A stretch of 64,000 nucleotides of DNA from positions 249,122 to 313,121 of the forward strand of contig JAGXAQ010000002.1 in NCBI GenBank assembly GCA_018971485.1, given 5' to 3'. This DNA is from Pseudomonadota bacterium (GTDB taxonomy: Bacteria > Pseudomonadota > Gammaproteobacteria > Burkholderiales > REEB80). Both the position numbers and the translations under genes were made by a program. The notes below the pieces were generated by a model. The model saw only the letters and a program-made list of their open reading frames with translations. It had not been told where the DNA came from and did not search any database. The stretch's first letter is position 1, and the number at the start of each line of letters is the position of its first letter. Positions 19,795 to 29,844 of this stretch are shown piece after piece.

Positions 19795-20397
19795 ATGAAC
19801 ATAACGACTTTTCTTCTAATCTGTACAGGATATCTCATCGGCTCCCTGTCTTTTGCGATCATCATTAGCAAAGCATGTCATCTTCCTGATCCTCGCACCT
19901 TTGGCTCAGGCAATCCTGGAACTACCAATGTACTACGAACCGGAAACAGAAAAGCTGCCTTATTCACCCTGCTTGGCGATGCTATCAAAGGGTGGGTTCC
20001 GGTTTTTATTGCGTTCCAGTTTTTCTGGCACTCAGCTCTAACAGCCTCCGATATTGCATATGTAGCCATAGCCACTTTTTTAGGCCACCTTTATCCAATT
20101 TATTTTCGGTTCAAGGGCGGAAAAGGTGTTGCTACGGCTTTAGGAATCCTTTTGGCATTTTCGTTAAAACTTGGGTTATGTGTTGCGATTATTTGGATCG
20201 TTTTTCTTAAAGCCTTCCGTATCTCTTCCCTATCGGCGCTGATTGCAGCCTTGTCTTCACCAATACTGGCTTTCTTTTTTCTGTCCGAACCATCATGGAA
20301 ATGGGCTGTCGCCCTCATTGCTACCATGCTCATTATCCGACATAAATTGAATATTCAAAAACTTATTTCGGGAAAAGAAAACAGGATTGGCAGCTAA
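19795..20397 (+). CDS. plsY: Glycerol-3-phosphate 1-O-acyltransferase
   Basis: YLIGSL, GSGNPGTTNVLR, GHLYP, FKGGKGVAT, RHKLNI. Confidence 0.96.
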   Translation: MNITTFLLICTGYLIGSLSFAIIISKACHLPDPRTFGSGNPGTTNVLRTGNRKAALFTLLGDAIKGWVPVFIAFQFFWHSALTASDIAYVAIATFLGHLYPIYFRFKGGKGVATALGILLAFSLKLGLCVAIIWIVFLKAFRISSLSALIAALSSPILAFFFLSEPSWKWAVALIATMLIIRHKLNIQKLISGKENRIGS

Positions 20398-20879
20398 ATC
20401 TTGACTCCTTCATGATCCAGCAGCCATTTTTTGACCGTCATGTACACTCCGGCACGAGTATGATTAAATCCACCCAGACCTGTTTTGGAAACAATCCGAT
20501 GGCATGGTATGAGAATGGAAATAGGATTGGAGCCACAGGCTCCACCAACAGCTCGCGGACCACTTGTCAGCTCTGTCGCGACATCACCATAAGTTCGAAC
20601 ACACCCAGCAGGGATTTGTCTCATTAATTCCCATACACGTCTTTGAAAGAAAGTACCAGATGCAGACATGGGAACACTAAACACATGGGAAGAATTAGAA
20701 AAATAAGCATCCAATTCAAAAAAAACTGCAGAGGCTATGCGACTTGCAGGGGGACTATAATCCCCCTCTTGCAAGAACTCAACCCGGTAAAGCACATCAT
20801 GTCTAGCAACAATACCGAGCGCACCGAATGGTGCGCTGTAAATTCCATCAAACCCTTCAGGACAGGATAAAAGAGCCAT
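20394..20879 (-). CDS. ogt: Methylated-DNA-[protein]-cysteine S-methyltransferase
   Basis: GTFFQRRVW, RAVGGAC, IPCHRIV active site. Confidence 0.92.
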   Translation of the reverse strand: MALLSCPEGFDGIYSAPFGALGIVARHDVLYRVEFLQEGDYSPPASRIASAVFFELDAYFSNSSHVFSVPMSASGTFFQRRVWELMRQIPAGCVRTYGDVATELTSGPRAVGGACGSNPISILIPCHRIVSKTGLGGFNHTRAGVYMTVKKWLLDHEGVKI

Positions 20880-20892
20880 CCGCTAATTCCAC

Positions 20893-21264
20893 TTAAGCTG
20901 TAACCTTACGCTCCAGTTTTTCACGGATTCGTGCAGATTTACCTGAGCGATCCCTCAAATAATAGAGTTTGGCGCGGCGCACATCCCCACGCCTTTTAAC
21001 CTCAATACTTGCAATCAAGGGCGAATAAGACTGAAATGTCCTCTCCACTCCTTCACCAGCTGAAATCTTGCGCACAATAAAAGAAGAATTTAAGCCACGA
21101 TTACGCTTAGCTATCACGACACCTTCATAAGCCTGCAAACGCTCGCGGGTTCCTTCCTTAACCTTAACACTCACAACGACAGTGTCACCGGGAGAAAAAT
21201 TAGGCAACGTCTTGTTTAGACGTGCAATTTCTTCTTGCTCCAATGTGGCAATCAAGTCCATCAT
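20893..21264 (-). CDS. rplS: 50S ribosomal protein L19
   Basis: [35 protein letters not shown]. Confidence 0.98.
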   Translation of the reverse strand: MMDLIATLEQEEIARLNKTLPNFSPGDTVVVSVKVKEGTRERLQAYEGVVIAKRNRGLNSSFIVRKISAGEGVERTFQSYSPLIASIEVKRRGDVRRAKLYYLRDRSGKSARIREKLERKVTA

Positions 21265-21265
21265 C

Positions 21266-22027
21266 CTACTCCTTCTTATCCATATCCTGTTTAAATTCAT
21301 TCAACAACTGCTGTTCCTTAAAACCCAACTCCCGAACCGCAATCAAATCCGGTCGCCTCAGCCAGGTTCTACCTAAAGCCTGCTTTAGTCTCCAACGCGA
21401 AATCCGATCATGGTGGCCTGATAATAATACTTCAGGAACACTCCGCTCATTATAGACATCCGGACGCGTGTAATGCGGATAATCCAGCAACCCATCCGCA
21501 AACGAATCCTGTGCCGCTGAGTCAGCATCACCCAGGACTCCAGGTAACAAGCGAATCAAACCATCCAGCAACAACATGGCAGGTAACTCGCCACCTGAAA
21601 GCACATAATCCCCTACCGAATACTCTCTATCCACTTCTTTTTCAATAAGGCGCTCATCAACTCCCTCATAGCGGCCACAGAGCAGAATCAAACCATCCAA
21701 TTTCAGCAGATCAGCCAAATCTGCCTGTTTAAGCAATCGGCCTTGCGGTGTCAAATAAACAACAGGGGCATCATTTACACCCAAGCTGGACTGCCGGTTC
21801 CTGGCCGCTGCAATTGCCTTTTCAAGGGGTTGCGCCATCATAACCATCCCAGGGCCTCCACCATAAGGACGATCATCAATGGTTTTATAGGCATCCTCTG
21901 CAAACTGTCTCGGATTCCATGCTTTAAAGTCATATACCTCTTGCTCAAAAGCCCGCCGGGTGACGCCATATCTCGTCAAGGCTTCGAACATGTCCGGAAA
22001 CAGCGTTACCACATCGTAATGTTTCAG
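21266..22027 (-). CDS. trmD: tRNA (guanine-N1)-methyltransferase
   Basis: [36 protein letters not shown]. Probable CTG start at 22027 (see findings); the ORF track starts at GTG 22012. Confidence 0.97.
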   Translation of the reverse strand: MKHYDVVTLFPDMFEALTRYGVTRRAFEQEVYDFKAWNPRQFAEDAYKTIDDRPYGGGPGMVMMAQPLEKAIAAARNRQSSLGVNDAPVVYLTPQGRLLKQADLADLLKLDGLILLCGRYEGVDERLIEKEVDREYSVGDYVLSGGELPAMLLLDGLIRLLPGVLGDADSAAQDSFADGLLDYPHYTRPDVYNERSVPEVLLSGHHDRISRWRLKQALGRTWLRRPDLIAVRELGFKEQQLLNEFKQDMDKKE

Positions 22028-22054
22028 TCCCCTCTCCTTGAGAGCCCAACCAAA

Positions 22055-22543
22055 CTAAAAGTCTTCGTCCCAATCGACCATTATCTGCCGCTTATCCATC
22101 TTAACTTCCAGCACTACGCTCGCGATAAAAGGAATCAATCTTTCACGCCCGTTTCGCAAAACCAAAACATCATTGGCACCAGTCGCCAGCAAATGGTCTA
22201 CTTGACCTAGAACGATACCTTGACAATTCATCACTTCCAGACCAACCAGATCCTGCCAGTAATATTCATTTTCAGCCGTTTTGGGCAATCTTTCCCGGGG
22301 AATAAGAATATCTCGGCCCAGCAGGGCTAAAGCTGCATCCCGATCTTCAACTCCCTCAAGCTTGGCTACAATCCATCTTCCATGCAACCGGCTATCCTGA
22401 ACCGGATATTCCTCAACACCATCAAGGCTGGATAAAGACCACACCGGATAATCCATCAGATTTTCCGGGGGATCCATATAACTTTGAACCCGAACCCAGC
22501 CACGCACACCAAATGGTGCACGCACAGAACCCATAACCAGCAT
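22055..22543 (-). CDS. rimM: 16S rRNA processing protein RimM
   Basis: PFGVRGWVRV, EYYWQDLVGL, GANDVLV, LIPF, VDWDEDF. Confidence 0.96.
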   Translation of the reverse strand: MLVMGSVRAPFGVRGWVRVQSYMDPPENLMDYPVWSLSSLDGVEEYPVQDSRLHGRWIVAKLEGVEDRDAALALLGRDILIPRERLPKTAENEYYWQDLVGLEVMNCQGIVLGQVDHLLATGANDVLVLRNGRERLIPFIASVVLEVKMDKRQIMVDWDEDF

Positions 22544-22548
22544 AGGTC

Positions 22549-22794
22549 TTAAGATTTTACCGTGGATTTTACCAAACGCTCCACTGTATCTGACAATCGC
22601 GCGCCCACTGAACGCCAATATTCAATCCGTTCATTGTCCAGACGCAGGGCTTCCTGCTTACCGGCAGCAACCGGATTATAAAAACCTACTCTCTCGATAA
22701 AACGCCCATCGCGCCGATTGCGTGAATCAGCTACCACAACATTGTAAAACGGGCGCTTTTTTGCACCCCCACGGCTAAGTCGAATGATTACCAT
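22549..22794 (-). CDS. rpsP: 30S ribosomal protein S16
   Basis: [32 protein letters not shown]. Confidence 0.98.
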   Translation of the reverse strand: MVIIRLSRGGAKKRPFYNVVVADSRNRRDGRFIERVGFYNPVAAGKQEALRLDNERIEYWRSVGARLSDTVERLVKSTVKS

Positions 22795-22831
22795 AATCTG
22801 CCCATATTCCAAAGACCGAAAAAAGGTGTTG

Positions 22832-22861
22832 AGTTTACGATAAAAATTGCTATTTTGGCAA
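22832..22861 (-). promoter_or_regulatory. Putative sigma70 promoter of the rpsP operon
   Basis: TTGCCA-N18-TAAACT on the minus strand. Confidence 0.45.
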
Positions 22862-22917
22862 GGAACTTATCTTTAAGATCCTACCAGACGCAGAAACAGG
22901 GCTTGCCATACAATCAG

Positions 22918-24270
22918 TCAACGACGGCGCATGGGCATGAGTGACTGCATCTGCCGCATCATTTTACCCATTCCTCCACGTGAAAACATTTTCATCATTT
23001 TTTGCATTTGATCAAATTGAGCCAGAAGACGATTAACATCCTGTACCTGAACCCCTGCACCTGCAGCGATTCGTCGTTTTCTGGAAGCCTTGATAATTTC
23101 AGGCTTGCTTCTTTCCAGCGCGGTCATGGAATTAATAATACCCTCAATACGAATAAAGGTACGATCATTATCGCCTGCATTAACCGAAAGCTTTGCATAT
23201 TCCTGCGGCAACTTGTCCAAAAGAGAACCAACTCCACCCATTTTTCTCATTTGAACCATCTGCGCTTTGAAGTCTTCAAGATCGAAACCTTTCCCAGCTT
23301 TCATTTTACGGCTGAGTTTCTCGGCTTCTTCCATATCCACGCCACGACGGGCTTCTTCAATCAGCCCAAGTACATCCCCCATTCCCAGAATCCTGGAAGC
23401 CATTCTTTCAGGATAAAAAGGTTCCAGCCCTGTCAGCTTCTCGCCCACCCCCACAAACTTAATGGGTACGCCTGTAATGGCCTTGACGGATAAGGCTGCA
23501 CCACCTCTTGCATCACCATCCAGCTTAGTCACAATCACCCCTGTGAGCGGAAGGGCCTGCGAAAAAGCTTTTGCCGTATTGACCGCATCCTGACCTTGCA
23601 TTGAATCCACAACAAAAAATGTCTCAACGGGATCAGTAACCTCATGAAGCCTGTGGATCTCGTCCATCATCATTTCATCTATCGCCAAACGTCCGGCTGT
23701 ATCAAGAATCAAGACATCCTGATAGTGACGCTTGGCGTAATCAATTGCAGCCCGGGCAATCTCAACCGGGGTCTCAGTTGACCCACCCCTGAAGAAGTCA
23801 ACCTGGACCTGTTCTGCCAGGGTTTGTAACTGATCGATTGCAGCCGGACGATACACATCACAACTGACCAGAAGAACTTTCTTGTTCATCTGCTCACGAA
23901 TCAGCCGCGCAAGTTTGCCCGCTGTAGTCGTCTTACCGGCACCTTGCAAGCCAGCAAGCAAAATGACGGCGGGCGGGCGGGCAGCAAGATTAAGCACGGC
24001 CTGTTGCAGCCCCATTAATTTAGTCAGTTCCTCATGAACCACTCCAATCACAGCTTGACCTGGACTCAGGTTACGCAATACCTCCTGACCAAGCGCCCGC
24101 GTTTTAACCGTAGAGATAAAATCCCGTACAACCGGTAAAGCAACATCAGCCTCAAGCAGGGCCATACGAACATCCCTTAAAGCATCCTGTATGTTATCTT
24201 CCGTAAGCCTGGCTTGCCCACGAAGGCTTTTAACTACTGCCGATAAACGCTGCGATAAATTGTCAAACAT
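22918..24270 (-). CDS. ffh: Signal recognition particle protein
   Basis: GLQGAGKTTT, DTAGRL, TKLDGDARGG, Met-rich M domain. Confidence 0.99.
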   Translation of the reverse strand: MFDNLSQRLSAVVKSLRGQARLTEDNIQDALRDVRMALLEADVALPVVRDFISTVKTRALGQEVLRNLSPGQAVIGVVHEELTKLMGLQQAVLNLAARPPAVILLAGLQGAGKTTTAGKLARLIREQMNKKVLLVSCDVYRPAAIDQLQTLAEQVQVDFFRGGSTETPVEIARAAIDYAKRHYQDVLILDTAGRLAIDEMMMDEIHRLHEVTDPVETFFVVDSMQGQDAVNTAKAFSQALPLTGVIVTKLDGDARGGAALSVKAITGVPIKFVGVGEKLTGLEPFYPERMASRILGMGDVLGLIEEARRGVDMEEAEKLSRKMKAGKGFDLEDFKAQMVQMRKMGGVGSLLDKLPQEYAKLSVNAGDNDRTFIRIEGIINSMTALERSKPEIIKASRKRRIAAGAGVQVQDVNRLLAQFDQMQKMMKMFSRGGMGKMMRQMQSLMPMRRR

Positions 24271-24396
24271 ATTGTCCCCAAAATTAGAAAGCCTTTTCTA
24301 TCCTTGTTATTATACGCTTTCAAGCCAAACAAGGATCCAGCCAACCTTCAATATGCTAGAATTACACAATTAAAAACATAAAATCTGGAGATCCGG

Positions 24397-25218
24397 TTGA
24401 CCACCCTGCTTCTCTACCTCCTGACTGCTACACTGTATACCATCTATGCCATTCTTTTCTGGCAAGGCAACCTCACCATTTCCCCTCCCTGCAAACGAAC
24501 AAGGCTCCTCCATCTAGCTGTCATCCTGCCCCTGCTCGTTCATGGATTATTGCTCTATAAAACCATAAAAACAGCAACAGGCTATAATCTAGGTTTTGGA
24601 GAAACACTGTCTGTGATTGTCTGGCTAACTGTATTCATCTACTGGATAGCCAATTTCACTCATGAACTTGATGGTATTCAGGCAATTGTCTTCCCGGTAG
24701 CCACCCTGTGCATCTTGATTCCACTGGTTTGGCCTTCCTACCACATCATCCCTCTTACCGGCTATCTTTTTTTCAAGCTACACCTTCTCATCGCTTTCCT
24801 GGCCTACAGCCTTTTTAGCATTGCTGCCTGGCATGCCCTCATCATCGCCCTTGCAGAACGCGGGCTCCATGGCCGTCATCTTCCCAAGGTCTTTTCCCAT
24901 TTTCCGCCCCTTCTCAGCATGGAAAAACTGCTCTTCCGGATTATTACAACCGGATTTACACTATTAACACTAGCAGTTATCAGTGGTATGCTTTTTTCAG
25001 AAAAACTGTTTGGCAAGCCACTCGAAATAAATAAAAACACTGTTTTTGCATCTCTTTCTTGGATGATTTTTGCTATTCTTCTAGCTGGCAGGCACCTTTA
25101 TGGCTGGCGAGGGCGGACAGCAACACGATTTACACTGATAGGCTCATTCCTGCTAATTTTAGCCTATCTAGGATCACGCTTTGTACTAGATATCCTGCTT
25201 CACCATGCATCATCTTGA
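24397..25218 (+). CDS. Cytochrome c assembly-family inner membrane protein (YpjD/CcsA-like)
   Basis: About 8 TM segments; PPLLSMEKLLF, GWRGR, LAYLGSRFV; divergent from ffh as in other Proteobacteria. Confidence 0.85.
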   Translation: MTTLLLYLLTATLYTIYAILFWQGNLTISPPCKRTRLLHLAVILPLLVHGLLLYKTIKTATGYNLGFGETLSVIVWLTVFIYWIANFTHELDGIQAIVFPVATLCILIPLVWPSYHIIPLTGYLFFKLHLLIAFLAYSLFSIAAWHALIIALAERGLHGRHLPKVFSHFPPLLSMEKLLFRIITTGFTLLTLAVISGMLFSEKLFGKPLEINKNTVFASLSWMIFAILLAGRHLYGWRGRTATRFTLIGSFLLILAYLGSRFVLDILLHHASS

Positions 25219-25276
25219 ACAAAAAGCAAAAAGAAGTTTAATATGCAAGCTTCACATCGCTTGAGAGCCTATTTAG

Positions 25277-26581
25277 TTGAGCCACATACATTTAAGCCTT
25301 TTTTTTGCTGCCCTCGTTTTCCTTCTCATCCTGTCCGGTTTTTTCGCAGCATCTGAAACCAGCCTGATGGCATTAAACCGATATCGCCTAAAACATCTAG
25401 TCAAAACTGGAAGCAAAGGAGCCAGGCGGGCAGGTTACCTCTTATCCCGAACTGACAAGCTACTAGGCGTACTTTCATTGGGAAACAACTTGCTCAACGC
25501 CTCAGCTGCAACCCTGGCAACCATAATTAGTGTCGATCTACTCGGAAGCAACAAATGGGCCCTGACAGCGGGCACCTTAATCGTCACCTTTTCAATACTG
25601 GTCTTTTCTGAAATCACACCCAAGGTTCTGGGAGCCACCTATACTGAGCCTATTGCATTTTTTGCCAGTGCCATCCTAATCCCACTACTGCGCCTATGTT
25701 ACCCGATTGTTTGGTTCATCAACCTCTTTGTATCAGGGCTCTTACGTCTCCTGGGACTCACCTCCAAGCTTAATGTCAATCAAGTTCGCCTGGGTATGGC
25801 TGAACTGCGTACCCTTGTCATGGAATCGGGGCCTTTTATTCCAAAACAGCACCAGCGGATTCTTGTCAATCTTCTTGAACTTGAAAAAACCACGGTCGAT
25901 GTCATTATGACTCCAAGAGGTCAAATCGAGTCAGTTGATCTTGACGGAGATTTTGATATGCTTACCGAGCAACTTACAACCAGCACTCACACCCGCATCG
26001 TTGTTCATTCTGGAGGCCTAGACAATCTAATTGGTATCGTTCGAATGCGAAACGTCCTGCATTTAATGCGGGTGGGAAACTTTAACCGGGATTCATTGAA
26101 GCAGATTATCCAGCCACCCTATTTCATCCCAGAAGGAACCGCCCTGTTATCCCAGCTTCAAATGTTTCAGGAAAACCAAGAGCAGCTAGGTCTGGTTGTC
26201 GATGAATATGGGGATTTACTCGGTCTTTTGACGCTTGAAGATATTCTTGAAGAAATCGTTGGAGAATTTTCTACTGGTGATCTCACCGCCATCGGAGCCA
26301 AAAAACTTCAGGATGGCAGCTATCTTGTTGGCGGCTCAACCCTAATCAAAGATCTCAATCGAAAATTAGGCATGCAGCTACCCACTAAAGGGCCTCGTAC
26401 ACTGAACGGGGTTATCCTTGAGTATTTTCAAGATATCCCCGAGACTGGAGTAACCTTCAAAATCAATGATCATACTATTGAAATTGTTCACGTTCATGAT
26501 CATCAAGTCCGTACCGCAAAAATCACCCCTGCACCCCACATGGAAACCGAAACACTCCCACTCCAGCCCAGTGAAACTTAA
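25277..26581 (+). CDS. HlyC/CorC-family (CNNM/DUF21-CBS-CorC) transporter
   Basis: SGFFAASETS, FSEITPK, CBS pair, VVDEYG, EDILEEIVGE. Confidence 0.92.
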   Translation: MSHIHLSLFFAALVFLLILSGFFAASETSLMALNRYRLKHLVKTGSKGARRAGYLLSRTDKLLGVLSLGNNLLNASAATLATIISVDLLGSNKWALTAGTLIVTFSILVFSEITPKVLGATYTEPIAFFASAILIPLLRLCYPIVWFINLFVSGLLRLLGLTSKLNVNQVRLGMAELRTLVMESGPFIPKQHQRILVNLLELEKTTVDVIMTPRGQIESVDLDGDFDMLTEQLTTSTHTRIVVHSGGLDNLIGIVRMRNVLHLMRVGNFNRDSLKQIIQPPYFIPEGTALLSQLQMFQENQEQLGLVVDEYGDLLGLLTLEDILEEIVGEFSTGDLTAIGAKKLQDGSYLVGGSTLIKDLNRKLGMQLPTKGPRTLNGVILEYFQDIPETGVTFKINDHTIEIVHVHDHQVRTAKITPAPHMETETLPLQPSET

Positions 26582-26681
26582 TAACGCATATAGCATCAAC
26601 CCGTCTTCGTCTCATTCTTTACAAATACCCTCGCATCATGCCAAGATGGTTCACCTCTAATTTGCAAATCAACATGAACCA

Positions 26682-28382
26682 ATGCCCATTTCATCCGGGT
26701 CCATAAGTGGCCTAGCACGAACGCTTGTCCATCGAGGCCGGCTACCCATGGCCGATGCGGAAACCATTCTTGCTCAGGCAGAGCATAACGGTGTCAACTT
26801 TGTCAATCAGCTCGTAGCGAGCAAAAAAATGACGGCGGGTGAAGTGGCCGACTTTGCTTCGCAGACTTTTGGCTATCCCCTGATTGATATTAATGCCCTG
26901 GATCCATCAACCCTGCCATATGAGCTTATCGAACTTAGGCTTATTGTTGAACAGGGCATTCTCCCCCTGTCTCGAAGGGGGGGGCATCTGTTTGTAGCTC
27001 TTTCCGACCCCACCAATCAGGAAGTGCTCGACAAAATTCGTATCATGACCAGTCTTATCATCGACCCGATAGTCGTCGAAGATGACAAACTTCAAAAGTT
27101 CATCAACCGTATTGCAGACGAAAGGGATATTTCCCTTAAAAACCTTGGCGGCCAGGATCTGGAGTTAGCTTTTGCTGAAGAGACCGAAACCCCTGCCATT
27201 GAAATGGGCTCTGAGGTAGATGATGCGCCTGTCGTTAAATACCTTCAAAAAATCCTCCTGGATGCTATTAATGCTGACGTGTCTGATATTCATATTGAAC
27301 CTTATGAGAAAAACCTGCGTATTCGTTACCGGATGGATGGGGTACTGTACGAGGTATCACAACCTCCCTTAGCCATCAAAGACAAGATAGCAGCCCGAAT
27401 CAAAGTCATTTCCAGACTGGATATTTCAGAAAAACGCGTCCCCCAGGATGGCCGCATGAAGCTGGTACTATCCAAGAGCCGTGCAATTGATTTTCGCGTA
27501 TCGACACTACCAACACTTTTTGGAGAAAAAATTGTTCTGCGGATTCTCGATCCGGCCTCTGCAACCATAGGAATTGATGCCCTGGGTTATGAACCAGAAC
27601 ATAAACAGCTTCTACTTGATGCAATCGGAAGACCAGATGGAATGATTCTGGTAACGGGGCCCACCGGATCTGGAAAAACTGTCTCCTTATATACCTGCCT
27701 CAATATTCTGAATGGGGAAGACATCAACATTTCTACTGCAGAAGATCCTGCAGAAATCAATCTTCCAGGTATTAATCAGGTCAATGTCAACGAAAAAGCC
27801 GGATTAACCTTTGCTACAGCCCTAAGAGCTTTTTTACGACAGGATCCAGATGTCATCATGGTTGGCGAAATCCGGGATCTTGAAACAGCAGATATTGCTG
27901 TCAAGGCAGCTCAAACCGGGCATCTGGTTCTATCGACCTTGCACACCAATGATGCTCCCAGCACGCTAACCCGACTTATTAACATGGGTGTTGCCCCTTT
28001 TAATATTGCCTCAAGTATTCATCTCATTACAGCACAAAGACTGGCACGAAGATTATGCCAATGCAAACGACCCGTTGATATTCCGGCCAACGTGCTAATC
28101 TCTGCGGGATTTATTGAAGAAGAACTTGGCTCTTGGCAACCCTATGGGCCTGGAGGATGTGATGTCTGCAAGCAGACTGGTTACAAAGGGCGCATCGGCA
28201 TCTACCAGGTTCTCCCCGTTTCAGAAGAAATGAGCCGGATCATTATGCGTAGCGGTAATGCACACGATATTGCCGATCAAGCTCGACGTGAAAAAATTTT
28301 AACCCTTCGGCAAAGTGGTCTAAGAAAAATTAAACTCGGTATCACCTCTCTTGAAGAAGTCCTGACCCACACGAATGCTTAA
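26682..28382 (+). CDS. pilB: Type IV-A pilus assembly ATPase
   Basis: SDIHIEP, RVPQDGR, GPTGSGKT, LRQDPD, tetracysteine motif, GYKGR. Confidence 0.96.
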   Translation: MPISSGSISGLARTLVHRGRLPMADAETILAQAEHNGVNFVNQLVASKKMTAGEVADFASQTFGYPLIDINALDPSTLPYELIELRLIVEQGILPLSRRGGHLFVALSDPTNQEVLDKIRIMTSLIIDPIVVEDDKLQKFINRIADERDISLKNLGGQDLELAFAEETETPAIEMGSEVDDAPVVKYLQKILLDAINADVSDIHIEPYEKNLRIRYRMDGVLYEVSQPPLAIKDKIAARIKVISRLDISEKRVPQDGRMKLVLSKSRAIDFRVSTLPTLFGEKIVLRILDPASATIGIDALGYEPEHKQLLLDAIGRPDGMILVTGPTGSGKTVSLYTCLNILNGEDINISTAEDPAEINLPGINQVNVNEKAGLTFATALRAFLRQDPDVIMVGEIRDLETADIAVKAAQTGHLVLSTLHTNDAPSTLTRLINMGVAPFNIASSIHLITAQRLARRLCQCKRPVDIPANVLISAGFIEEELGSWQPYGPGGCDVCKQTGYKGRIGIYQVLPVSEEMSRIIMRSGNAHDIADQARREKILTLRQSGLRKIKLGITSLEEVLTHTNA

Positions 28383-28620
28383 CAGGGCTCAAAATCCATT
28401 AAACCTTAATGTAAAGCACCTGTAAAAGGTTACACTAATGGCGATCCAGTCTGTTCTTTTTTATTTGCTCTCATCTATAATGATCCAAACCGGATACTTT
28501 CCCCCCTGCTAGCCAATAATGCTCAACCCCTTTACACTCACCTGTTAAAACAGCCAGAATAGAAAACAGAACAAGGCTTCAATACAAACTCAATAAAAAG
28601 CCAACCTGGACAGATAAAAT

Positions 28621-29844
28621 ATGCCGATAACAGTAAAAAAAAGCAAAGAACTCAACTTCCTGTGGGAAGGGCGGGACAAAAAAGGCAAAATCATCAAAGG
28701 CGAGATCCAGGCACTATCCGAGGCTGTCGCAGCTGCTAAACTCCGCCGGCAAGGTATTAGTGTCGGCAAGATCAGAAAACGAAGCTTTTTAGCAAAACGT
28801 CCCCAAAAAATCAAGGAAAAGGATATCACCCTTTTTACTCGACAACTCTCCACAATGATGCGTGCGGGGGTCCCTTTACTTCAGTCCTTTGATATCGTTG
28901 GTAAGGGGCATTCAAATGCTTCTGTTCAGAAACTACTTGCTGATGTGCGTAACCATATTGAGTCCGGGAGCAGCATGAGCCAAGCCTTCAACCATTATCC
29001 CCAATATTTTGACCCGCTTTTCTGCAATTTAGTCCGAGCCGGCGAGCAGGCAGGTATCCTAGATACGATTCTGGACCGCTTAGCTACTTACAAAGAGAAG
29101 ATTCTTGCCATCAAGGGTAAAATTAAATCTGCACTCTTTTATCCTGCATCAATTATTGTAGTTGCTTTTGTCATCACAACCATCATCATGATTTTCGTCA
29201 TTCCTGCTTTCAAGTCACTCTTCACCAGTTTTGGTGCGGATCTACCCGCACCAACACTTCTAGTCATGAAAATTTCTGATATCTTTGTCCATGACTGGTG
29301 GCTTATTTTCGGGGGGCTCATTTTAACCATATGGGGGTTTTTCCGTTTATGGAAACGCTCTCTTAAAGTCCAGTATTTCATGGATCGGCTTTTTCTCCAT
29401 TTACCTGTTTTTGGTCCAGTCATTCAAAAAGCAACCATTGCCCGCTGGACTAGAACCCTGTCCACCATGTTTGCTGCCGGGGTCCCTTTGGTTGAAGCGT
29501 TGGATTCCGTAGCAGGAGCTTCTGGAAACCTTATTTATCAGGATGCTACAAAACAAATCCAGTCTGAGGTCTCAACTGGTACAAGCCTAACCGTTTCCAT
29601 GCAAAACTCGAATATGTTCCCAAACATGGTGTTACAGATGGTGGCTATCGGAGAAGAATCAGGAGCACTGGACGACATGCTTTCAAAAATTGCCGATTTT
29701 TATGAAAACGAGGTAGACGATGCAGTGAGTGCCCTATCAAGCCTGATGGAGCCCATCATCATGGTTGTTCTAGGTGTCATTATCGGTGGATTGGTCATTG
29801 CCATGTACCTACCAATCTTCAAGATGGGATCTGTAATACATTAA
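28621..29844 (+). CDS. pilC: Type IV pilus inner-membrane platform protein
   Basis: FTRQLSTMMRAGVPL, KIKSALFYP, GEESGALD, AMYLPIF. Confidence 0.96.
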   Translation: MPITVKKSKELNFLWEGRDKKGKIIKGEIQALSEAVAAAKLRRQGISVGKIRKRSFLAKRPQKIKEKDITLFTRQLSTMMRAGVPLLQSFDIVGKGHSNASVQKLLADVRNHIESGSSMSQAFNHYPQYFDPLFCNLVRAGEQAGILDTILDRLATYKEKILAIKGKIKSALFYPASIIVVAFVITTIIMIFVIPAFKSLFTSFGADLPAPTLLVMKISDIFVHDWWLIFGGLILTIWGFFRLWKRSLKVQYFMDRLFLHLPVFGPVIQKATIARWTRTLSTMFAAGVPLVEALDSVAGASGNLIYQDATKQIQSEVSTGTSLTVSMQNSNMFPNMVLQMVAIGEESGALDDMLSKIADFYENEVDDAVSALSSLMEPIIMVVLGVIIGGLVIAMYLPIFKMGSVIH

